This document shows, piece by piece, positions 1 to 11,100 of a DNA stretch of 64,000 bases; the first letter of the stretch is position 1; each line of letters starts with the position of its first letter. Made by a program: the position numbers and the translations under genes. The notes beneath the pieces were generated by a model, which was not told the origin of the DNA, did not search any database, and was given only the letters and a program-made list of their open reading frames with translations. The stretch is taken from NCBI GenBank assembly GCA_950097015.1, contig CATNEN010000002.1, forward strand, positions 8,308,001 to 8,372,000, read 5' to 3'. The DNA comes from Macrostomum hystrix. Taxonomy: Eukaryota > Animalia > Platyhelminthes.

Positions 1-86
1 AAATAACAGGATACACTCGGTCAATTTTAGTACATTGGGTTCTAATTTTTAGTATATTCGACTAGCAAAACCCAGCCCCAAATCCA

Positions 87-235
87 GGGGGTCAGTGGCA
101 GAGCGGTTAACACGTTAGCCTCTCGCGCCAAGGTCCCTAAGCTCTATATTCTGCCGCGAGGCCACATTCATTTGGGGCGCAGCCGCGGAGAGAAGGCTTG
201 GGGGCTTGACGTGCAATTCACGCCAACAACAAGGC
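87..235 (+). mobile_element. tRNA-derived SINE fragment in a VPS41 intron
   Basis: Head GGGGGTCAGTGGCAGAGCGGTTAA (Pol III A-box-like) with a degenerate B box. Same family as the minus-strand copy at 17740-18043. Confidence 0.6.
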
Positions 236-327
236 CAACAAGTAGCTGCAATTCTTCAAACATCTCACTATCTGATTCAGCCGCCTACAAAATATATAAT
301 AATAAGTTTATCGGATCAAGATCACAC

Positions 328-1778
328 CTGCTCATCTAGCAGCATCTGCAGCGTGCGGTCCTTGTCAATGCTGAACAGCAGGGGCAGCTTGTCAACAACA
401 TGGGCATGCAGCCGGTGCCGTTGGATCAATACAAAAGCGTCGCAGCTGCTCAATCTGAGCAGTATACTCAAAGTCTTCTCGTGCTCGCCAGCTAACTCGT
501 AGAGTCTGGCCAGGCAGCGATTCAACGTGGGCTCGCTCGGCTGACGACTGAGGGCATCCACTACGACCTGGGCAGCAGGAGTGGAGCAATCTGTACATGC
601 CGATCCTACTATTGATTTCTGCATTAGTTTAACGATCGACTTACCTGAGTTAAAGCTCGAACAGTAAATAGATCGCTGGGCCAACTATTGATGAGCTCAA
701 GGAACTGATTCTGGTCAGAGTGAAACACTTCATTCAGCACCAAATCGTAGATGCACTTATCCAGTCGTGGCTTCTCCTTTGGCAAGTGTCTGCATTTCAT
801 AGTTAATAGGAAGAGAAGTGAGATCCGGATATACAGTACAGAAATAGCGCAAACCAAATATGCATACCTGGACAGTGACCTGGCGCTGTTGGCTGAATGA
901 AATCGATAGGCCATTGCCTCCCACTCCTCCTTGCCGGTCAGCACAGTGCAGCAGAGCTCGGCCGCCTCGCTGAACTGGCCAGCGTTGAGCAGGTGCTCAA
1001 TGTATTTGCGGCCAACGCTGGTCACAGTGAATTCGCCAGCTGGGCCGCCGCTTTTCACCTCGTCCAGGGCCTGGCTGAATTTTCTATACGACAGCAGCCA
1101 CTTCAAATGGTCAATGCGGTCCCGCTGCTGGGCGCAGATTATGTCCTTCGGGCAGACAATAAAGTACATACCCTCGGAGCGCAGGTGCTCGAATCGATAG
1201 TTCACAGGTGTGTAGCGCTCGAATCCACGCACCTTAGGAAAAGGAATAGGCCGATCTTTCAATGAAGAGATCGTTTCTAAAAAGACAGTTTTTGGCTTCT
1301 GATGATCAAATGAAAATGTAGTTCAAGGAGCGGATCAGCCTCATTCTAGGTAAAACATTCCGTGGTCTTGTGAGGCCGCCTCAACCACCCAAATTTCTAT
1401 CTGAACTGAATCATTGAGGACGTTGGTGAAGAGGGTGAACAGTCCGAATCCCTGATCACCGGGCAACATCCCTCAAGTTTCACGAGTGCACTCGAAAGTC
1501 AATCGTGGCCTCGCAGGCCTCACCTTCAGCTCCTCGATGGCCAGCTCAACGTAGGTGTCTATGCCAGGTTCTAGCAGGTGCAGCTGCGGCTTCTCCCGGT
1601 CTCGCTGACTGAGCAGCAGAAGCTCCCGACCGAAGCAGCAAATGCCGCACACGGTTAGGGGAAAGTTAAAGCTGGCCACAATCTGGCCAACCCGGCGGCC
1701 GCTGGCCCGATCAGGCACAATGCGACACACGTAGACATGGCGACGGAAAGCGGCGATAAAGTTTGCTTCGTCCGAGGC
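328..1778 (-). pseudogene. VPS41: 5'-truncated second copy of VPS41 (exons 1524-1778, 868-1232, 645-789, 328-567; continues off the left edge)
   Basis: Same exons and GT-AG sites as the copy at 16235-17685. The upstream WD40 exons are absent because the duplication junction is at 1990. Confidence 0.85.
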
Positions 1779-1832
1779 CTAGGAAACAGGTTGCAGGTGT
1801 TAATTATGGCTTATCTAGGATTATTTATAATA

Positions 1833-1990
1833 ATGATTGCACGAGGGCTGCAGCTAACGGTACATTATTTGGTGAAGTCAATTCCTGCCAATTTCCCTGA
1901 CTCCTGAGCACACTCGCACACGGGTTCAGAACGCAGGCACACGCTCACAAAAGTGTGTACCTCTGCCCTAAATTTCTCATCGGCAGGCAG
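1833..1990 (-). mobile_element. 3' remnant of the SINE at 17740-18043, cut by the duplication junction
   Basis: Identical to 17740-17897. The tRNA-like head is missing in this copy. Confidence 0.5.
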
Positions 1991-2190
1991 CATCTCACCC
2001 ACCACCCCCGCAGCTCAGTCCAGCACCCACCACCCCCGCAGCTCAGTCCAGACCCACCACCCCACAGCTCAGTCCAGCACCCACCACCCCCGCAGCTCAG
2101 TCCAGCACCCACCACCCCACAGCTCAGTCCAGCACCCACCACCCCCGCAGCTCAGTCCAGCACCCACCACCCCGCAGCTCAGTCCAGCAG
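1991..2190. repeat. 27-bp minisatellite (GCTCAGTCCAGCACCCACCACCCCGCA), ~7 copies
   Basis: Direct tandem units. The unit contains the reverse complement of the last codons and stop of the sorting nexin (CTG GAC TGA). Confidence 0.9.
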
Positions 2191-5100
2191 CCGCAGGGCC
2201 AGCAGGCAGTCGATGGCGCAGGCGGAAACAAGTCGCCGATTGGCCGCAGCCGAGCCGAGGACCCGGCGCGCTTCGCTCGCGACTCGGTCCGGCCACCGGC
2301 TTGGCAGCAGGCGGAATATCGATGGCGGCTCTAACTGCAGCTGTTGAGTGTCTTCGCCGACCTGAAACTCCGGGCGGATGATCATGGTGAGACGGTCCAG
2401 CAAGCGAGTGAGGCGCAGTGGAGTCAGTAGTCGATGGCTCACTAGGTGGATGGCCCTGAAGGACAATGGGATCAAATTTAAGGATTCGAATAAGGGATCT
2501 ATAAGGTAGGCTTCGCAGTAGCGATTGCACCAGGGATGACATAAATAACTACACTAGAAACTAAATTAGGGATTACACCTGGCAATAGCAATTGGGAAGG
2601 GGTTGCATTAAAGATTGGACAATGGATCGCATTAAGGATTTTATTACGGATTTTATCAGGGATCACAAAAGGAATTCCATTAAAGATTGCATCAGGTGTT
2701 GCATTGGGATTGCATTGCGTGGCATTGGGACTGCATCAGGGAATGGATTATGGATCGTTTTAGGGATTGCATTAGGGATTGTATAACTGATTGGATTACG
2801 GAATGCATACAGGGTTGCAGTAAAGATTGAATTAGGGATGGTATAAGGAATCTAATTATCAATTGCATTAGGGACTGAATTACAGATTGAATTAGGGATT
2901 GAATTAGGGATTGCATTAGGGATTGCATTAAGGGTTCTATTAGGGATTGCATTAGGGATTGCATTAAAGATTGATTAAGGGTTGTATTAGGGATTGCATT
3001 AAAGATTGATAAAAGGTTCTATCAGGGATTGCATTAGGGATTGCATTAAGGGTTCTATTAGGGATTGCATTAAGGGTTCTATTAGGGATTGCATTAGGGA
3101 TTGCATTAGGGATTGCATTAAGGGTTCTATTAGGGATTGCATTAGGGATTGCATTAAGGGTTCTATTAGGGATTGCATTAGGGATTGCATTAAGGGTTCT
3201 ATCAGGGATTGCATTAGGGATTGCATTAGGGATTGCATTAGGGATTGCATTAAAGATTGATAAAAGGTTCTATCAGGGATTGCATTAGGGATTGCATTAG
3301 GGATTGCATTAGGGATTGCATTAAAGATTGATTAAGGGTTGTATTAGGGATTGCATTAAAGATTGATTAAGGGTTGTATTAGGGATTGCATTAAAGATTG
3401 ATAAAAGGTTCTATCAGGGATTGCATTAGGGATTGCATTAAGGGTTCTATTAGGGATTGCATTAAGGGTTCTATTAGGGATTGCATTAGGGATTGCATTA
3501 AGGGTTCTATTAGGGATTGTATTAGGGATTGCATTAGGGATTGCATTAGGAATTGCATTAAGGGTTGTATTAGGGATTGCATTAAAGATCGATTAAAGGT
3601 TGTATTAGGGATTGCATTCTGGGTTGCTATGAATGCTCATCGACTCAAAGAGACCCAGACTGGGTGTCACAACAGCTGACCACAATGGGGGACTAGCAAG
3701 CGTTTGAGTTCATTCGCTCAAAAGAATGAATTGAGCAGTTAAAAATAACAGAAGCAAACAAGTGCAACAGAAGCAGTTAGAAGTGGAAACCCTTAAAATA
3801 ACAGACGCTGAAGTGGCTCGTCACAAAGCCCGAGCTGCGGCAGACAGCGGTTTAAAAAGTTCTTTCAACTGTTGATGACAGATTCAGCAGCCTAACAAAC
3901 TGACTGAGACTGGCAGTGCGATTTGAGTTCAACGAGTTTACTGCCTGAGTTTACTGTCTGGTTACAATCAGACGAAAAGTAATTTCAATAGCCACACTCA
4001 TCGGTAAGCTAGTCACACTCATGGGTAATCTAGTCACACTCATGGGTAAGCTAGTCACACTCATGGGTGGGTGAGTCACACTCATGGGTAAGTTAGTCAC
4101 ACTCATGGGTAAGTTAGTCACACTCATGGGTAAGCTAGTCACAGTCATGGGTAAGCTAGTCACACTCATGGGTGGGTGAGTCACACTCATGGGTAAGTTA
4201 GTCACACTCATGGGTAAGCTAGTCACAGTCATGGGTAAGCTAGTCACACTCATGGGTTGGTGAGTCACACTCATGGGTAAGCTAGTCACACTCATGGGTT
4301 GGTGAGTCACACTCATGGGTTGGTGAGTCACACTCATGGGTTGGTGAGTCACACTCATGGGTTGGTGAGTCACACTCATGGGTAAGCTAGTCACACTCAT
4401 GGGTTGGTGAGTCACACTCATGGGTTGGTGAGTCACACTCATGGGTTGGTGAGTCACACTCATGGGTAAGCTAGTCACAGTCATGGGTAAGCTAGTCACA
4501 GTCATGGGTAAGCTAGTCACACTCATGGGTTGGTGAGTCACACTCATAGGTTGGTGAGTCACACTCATAGGTAAGCTAGTCACAGTCATGGGTAAGCTAG
4601 TCACACTCATGGGTTGGTGAGTCACACTCATGGGTTGGTGAGTCACACTCATAGGTAAGCTAGTCACACTCATGGGTTGGTGAGTCACACTCATGGGTTG
4701 GTGAGTCACACTCATAGGTAAGCTAGTCACACTCATGGGTTGGTAAGTCACACTCATGGGTAAGCTAGTCACATTCATGGGTGGGTGAGTCACTTACTTA
4801 CTTACTTTGCAGGGGGGCCTGGGGCACTTGACGCACAAACACAGGAACGGCATGCCCCCAGGCCGGCGAACTAGGCGAGAGCCACCCATCGCGCCGCCTC
4901 CCCTGAGCAGGCACCTCACACACACAGCAGCAAGCCAAGCGGGGAAGGGGGCGGCAGCCGGAGTGCCTCTCACCCCAGGCCCGCACACGCACAGAGCAGA
5001 CCAAGCCGGGGCGGAAGGATGATAGAAATCAGTCCTCAGGGGGGGCCGGGTGACGAGTGTACACTTTATCCAATCGCGCTGACGGAAATCCAGATGAGCG

Positions 5101-8100
5101 CGCGGCGGTGTACACCCGCCCCCCAGCCATCCCCCCCAAAGTTCTAACGCCCCAGCGCCAACGCACAAACTCACACAACGCAGAACAGGCACACAGAAAG
5201 GTAGGAGCGAAGCTATTTTTCAAGCTTTGATTGCACGAAATATGGTGCACCTCCGCCGGTCGCTACTGTCCAAACCCCCCAACAAGTACCGAAATTAATC
5301 GTGACCTGAAGGGTGAATCGAACTAGCGTCCTTTGGAGTACGAGGCAGCGACGTTGGCCGCTGACCCCCCTCGCCCCCTGTGGGTGAGTCACACTCATGG
5401 GTAAGCTAGTCACACTCATGGGTAAGCTAGTCACACTCATGGGAAAGCTAGTCACACTCATGGGTAAGCTAGTCACACTCATGGGAAAGCTAGTCACACT
5501 CATGGGTAAGCTAGTCACACTCATGGGAAAGCTAGTCACATTCATGGGTAAGCTAGTCACACTCATGGGAAAGCTAGTCACACTCATGGGTAAGCTAGTC
5601 ACACTCATGGGAAAGCTAGTCACACTCATGGGAAAGCTAGTCACACTCATGGGTAAGCTAGTCACACTCATGGGAAAGCTAGTCACATTCATGGGTAAGC
5701 TAGTCACACTCATGGGTAAGCTAGTCACACTCATGGGTAAGCTAGCCACACTCATAGGTAAGCTAGTCACACTCATGGGTAATCTAGTCACACTCATGGG
5801 TGGGTGAGTCACACTATGGGTCGGTGAGTCACACTATGGGTCGGTGAGTCACACTATGGGTGGGTGAGTCACACTATGGGTGGGTGAGTCACACTATGGG
5901 TTGGTGAGTCACACTATGTGGGTGAGTCACACTATGGGTGGGTGAGTCACACTATGGGTGGGTGAGTCACACTATGGGTGGGTGAGTCACACTATGGGTG
6001 GGTGAGTCACACTATGGGTGGGTGAGTCACACTATGGGTGGGTGAGTCACACTATGGGTGGGTGAGTCACACTATGGGTGGGTGAGTCACACTATGGGTG
6101 GGTGAGTCAGTGCAGGTGACTTAAGTTGGGGTTAGTAAATCAGGCAGTTTGCAGGTAGAGTGGTGAATCTCTATAAGCTAATTACCTGGCAGCCAGCAGA
6201 GCGCTGAGCTGGCACAGCGGAGTCAGCAGGAGCGGCCATCGCAGACAGTCTGGGCAGTACTGGCCGGCCAGCAGCTGGGTCAGCCGGTAGGCAGTGAACT
6301 CAATGTCGCGAAGCGTCTCAACTGACGAGTCGGACGGCTGGCGCTGGGGCACCGGCCGAAAACTGGGCGGAGAGCCTGCGGGAGAGCGGTAGGCCGGATG
6401 ATCAGGTTTACAATAATATAAATAATAACTGCAGGATGGCTGCGGGCAATGGCACATCATGTGGTTACAATAGACCAGCAGCCAGCAAAGAGGCAATTGT
6501 TTTGTTTGAGGCAAAACTGTGAAATTGTTTTAGGGGCGCTTAAGTTTAGGTTCGAAAGATGGGTCAAGAAATCCTTCGGAAAGGGATTGTTCAAAGGATT
6601 ATTTCGAGAGATGGATCAGGGGATTTTTCGAGAAATTGGTCATGGGATTCTATCGAGGGATGTGTTCCAAGGATGGGTCAAGGGATCCTTCGCAAAGGAA
6701 TGGGTCATGGGATTCTTTCGAGGGAAGTTTTTCAAGGATGGGTCAAGGGATCCTTTGCAAAGGAATGGGTCATGGGATTCTTTCGAGAGATGTGTTCCAA
6801 GGATGGGTCAAGGGATCCTTTGCAAAGGAATGGGTCATGGGATTCTTTCGAGGGATGTGTTCCAAGGATGGGTCAAGGGATCCTTTGCAAAGGAATGGGT
6901 CATGGGATTCTTTCGAGGGAAGTGTTTCAAGGATGGGTCAAGGGATCCTTTGCAAAGGAATGGGTCATGGGATTCTTTCGAGGGATGTGTTCCAAGGATG
7001 GGTCAAGGGATCCTTTGCAAAGGAATGGGTCATGGGATTCTTTCGAGGGAAGTGTTTCAAGGATGGGTCAAGGGATCCTTTGCAAAGGAATGGGTCATGG
7101 GATTCTTTCGAGAGATGTGTTCCAAGGATGGGTCAAGGGATCCTTTGCAAAGGAATGGGTCATGGGATTCTTTCGAGGGAAGTGTTCCAAGGATGGGTCA
7201 AGGGATCCTTTGCAAAGGAATGGGTCATGGGATTCTTTCGAGAGATGTGTTCCAAGGATGGGTCAAGGGATCCTTTGCAAAGGAATGGGTCATGGGATTC
7301 TTTCGAGAGATGTGTTCCAAGGATGGGTCAAGGGATCCTTTGCAAAGGAATGGGTCATGGGATTCTTTCGAGAGATGTGTTCCAAGGATGGGTCAAGGGA
7401 TCCTTTGCAAAGGAATGGGTCATGGGATTCTTTCGAGAGATGTGTTCCAAGGATGGGTCAAGGGATCCTTTGCAAAGGAATGGGTCATGGGATTCTTTCG
7501 AGAGATGTGTTCCAAGGATGGGTCAAGGGATCCTTTGCAAAGGAATGGGTCATGGGATTCTTTCGAGAGATGTGTTCCAAGGATGGGTCAAGGGATCCTT
7601 TGCAAAGGAATGGGTCATGGGATTCTTTCGAGGGAAGTGTTTCAAGGATGGGTCAAGGGATCCTTTGCAAAGGAATGGGTCATGGGATTCTTTCGAGGGA
7701 AGTGTTTCAAGGATGGGTCAAGGGATCCTTTGCAAAGGAATGGGTCATGGGATTCTTTCGAGGGATGTGTTCCAAGGATGGGTCAAGGGATCCTTTGCAA
7801 AGGAATGGGTCATGGGATTCTTTCGAGGGAAGTGTTTCAAGGATGGGTCAAGGGATCCTTTCCAAGGGAATGGGTCATGGGATTCTTTCGAGGGATGTGT
7901 TCCAAGGATGGGTCAAGGGATCCTTTGCAAAGGAATGGGTCATGGGATTCTTTCGAGAGATGTGTTCCAAGGATGGGTCAAGGGATCCTTTGCAAAGGAA
8001 TGGGTTCATGAGATTCTTTCGAGGGATGTGTTCCAAGGATGGGTCAAGGGATCCTTTGCAAAGGAATGGGTCATGGGATTCTTTCGAGGGAAGTGTTTCA

Positions 8101-11100
8101 AGGATGGGTCAAGGGATCCTTTCCAAGGGAATGGGTCATGGGATTCTTTCGAGGGATGTGTTCCAAGGATGGGTCAAGGGATCCTTTGCAAAGGAATGGG
8201 TTCATGAGATTCTTTCGAGAGATGTGTTCCAAGGATGGGTCAAGGGATCCTTTGCAAAGGAATGGGTCATGGGATAGTATAATATTCAATTACATGAATG
8301 GATCTGCTTAAAATGTGGACTGAAATATTAGGTTCGAAATTTCTAACAATGAAATTAAAAGCAGCAGCAGCCACAGACTTACAGTTGCCTCTGTCCTCAG
8401 CGAGCTTCTCTAGCGTTATCTTCTCAGCTCCGATCAGCTCTGACGCGTAGGGAATCTAAAAGAGCAAAGTCAACAAAAAGTTTAACGATTAAATAGACAA
8501 AACTATTTTTAATACTGAATGCCGTGAGTTAAAGAAAGAAAGCAACGAAACAAATACAAAATGAATGAATTTCCCAGAAAAAAGTTTTTTATTTAAACTG
8601 TAGCGACATTTATAAAATTTTTACGATAAAAAACTAACGTTGTACAGATTTAGGTGACGCTAAAACTATTGGTGGAAGACAATTTATTATGAATGACTAG
8701 CCATGCCTATGGGTTAGAGGGTGTTCACCTGAACAGAGAACTCAAACTCCAGCTGAGGCTGAGCAGTATGCTCATCGCGAGCCTCCGAGCTGCTCTCGCC
8801 GGCTGCTGCCTGGGACTCGTCAAACGCGGTTGCGAAAGGGACTGCGCTTGAAGAAGCCGACGAAGTTGAGGTTGCTGAGAAAAACTTTGGCAGAAGATCG
8901 GCCACGTCAGACAGCACCTGGACAATAGAAATTGGATTGAGGATTATCGCGATGCAACAATGCCCAACAGCCAGTAGGAATTCGTCGCTACTCACCCGCT
9001 CCAGTTTTGGCTTGATCCCGCCCGGCAAGTCGCCGCCGACATCGACTCCAGGTCCTCCTGGCTGAGCGCCGCTGCCGCCGCAGTCACTGTAGTCCAAGAA
9101 GGCCTTCAGCTCGGCAGAGGCGCAAACCTCGGCAATGTCAATCAGAGCCTTGACGGCGCAGCGGTGCAAGAGGGAGAACATTAGCATACTACTCACAGTA
9201 CGATAAGTAGAAAGCTGAATAGAAAGCTGAATAAGATTATTTGTCCATTCACTGCTAAAGAAATTCGTGCATTTAGTTCCAGCCACCAATGGTTAGAAGT
9301 TCAGAATTCGGACTGAGAGGTCAGGAGTTCGAATCTCAGCACGGTGGAAACAATTTCTGTTCCCAATTCACCCAGCTGTAAAACGGGTGCTGGCATTAGC
9401 TTCGGCGGTGCCACTGGCTGTGCATCTTGCCAAACTGAGCAGTAAGTCTACTTTTAGTAGTTTTCATCTCTTCGTGGAAAGAGATTAAGTATAGTCAGCA
9501 CGCCACTCAGTGAATGCGTACTGCAGGTGACATTTAAGTTAAGTAGTCACGTTACCCAAGTAATTTGTATTAGTGGTGACAATTATTCAATTGACGAACG
9601 GAATGTCTATAAGTGGTAAAAAAGAGTCACGTGAGCGAATATAGTCACGTGACCAAACGTAGTCACGTGACCGATCGTAGCCACGTTACCCTGTGGATGC
9701 GAATTAGAGGCAAAAACTAAGTAGTCACGTGACCCAGGTATCGTGTTGTCACCTGCAGGAAGTCGCTGAGCAGCTCGATGCGCCGGGCGATGCGGGCCTC
9801 GTGCATCTCGCCAACCACCAGGCGCGACTTGAAGTCAGGGCCGCGCACCGACTGCAGGCGAGCCCGGTGCCGCCGGCTGGCACACAGGTCTTTGTACAGG
9901 CTTGCGAATTGCTTGTAGCGCCGTTTCACCACGCGCTGGCGGCAGACCACTGTCCGATCCGCTGAGTTTGAGTACCACGCGAGGTACTGCGGGAGCAGAG
10001 ATGGAGCCAGCTGATGAATCGATGACTCAAATACCAGGGCCGCATGCACTTTATCTCACCTTCACAATGTACAGAGTGTAGGCCTTGCCCTTCCTGTCAA
10101 TCACTTTCTCCGTGCCCAGAATGACAATGTTCTCGAATGGCCGCTGTTGTAAGGCGGCGGCGCCTGCTGCTGCCTCCTCGGAGGCGGTGATGTTGCCTAC
10201 AGAGGCGCCTAGATACAGCACAGCAATAACAGTGATTGGGTACATGGATTTTTGTCCTCACAACTATCCCTTATCACAGTTCTGATTATCCCATTCCCTT
10301 CACACAGCTCTGATTATCCCACTCCCTTCCCTCAGTTTTCATATTCCTACGAACTCCCAGGAGCAACTCACTAGCGGCTGTCCTGAGGGCTCTGGACCCA
10401 TCGCCTCGCGTTGATCCCGTAGGTTCGGCAGCTGTAACGCCGCTGCTATTGGACGATTTAGTCCTTCTTCTGGACAATGGCAGCGCGCGCTTTGATCTTC
10501 TGAAGTCACCGACTCCGCTGACACCCTCGTGAGCTTCTTCAGCGCCACCAACATCGAAGGTGCCGCTGTCTTCCAGTATTTCAAGGCCGGGAATGCTGCC
10601 TCGGACGCGCAGCTTCAGGAATGCCACCCTGGCCGCCTGGACAATTGTAGAAGACGACTGAGTCAGTTGTCACAGTAGCTTGAATTCTTGAGTAGATGGA
10701 AGCTGATTGAACTGCTGTTTAAAGAATCCTTCCTGAAGCCTACGGAGACATCCTTCCTGAAGCCTACGGAGACATCCTCCTGAGTCTACGGAGACATCCA
10801 TCCTGAAGTCTACGGAGACATCCTTCCTGAAGTCTACGGAGACATCCTTCCTGAAGTCTACGGAGACATCCATCCTGAAGTCTACGGAGACATCCTTCCT
10901 GAAGTCTACGGAGACATCCATCCTGAAGTCTACGGAGACATCCATCCTGAAGTCTACGGAGACATCCTTCCTGAAGTCTACGGAGACATCCATCCTGAAG
11001 TCTACGGAGACATCCTTCCTGAAGTCTACGGAGACATCCATCCTGAAGTCTACGGAGACATCCTTCCTGAAGCCTACGGAGACATCCATCCTGAAGCCTA

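Larger units (their letters stand above)
1..1990. repeat. Near-identical segmental (tandem) duplicate of 15908-17897, offset 15907 bp
   Basis: Base-by-base match from the window edge to ...ttctcatcggcaggcag (1990 vs 17897), about a dozen substitutions seen by eye. The sequences diverge abruptly after that point. Confidence 0.95.

Noticed and set aside
3951-5812. MSVTHQP, MSVTSLP and MGKLVTL repeat ORFs
   Set aside because: They are translations of the 21-bp intronic array and are interrupted by a SINE.
6449-8277. Three overlapping 520-570 aa plus-strand ORFs
   Set aside because: They are produced by a stop-free 65-bp minisatellite inside an antisense intron whose splice phases are already satisfied.
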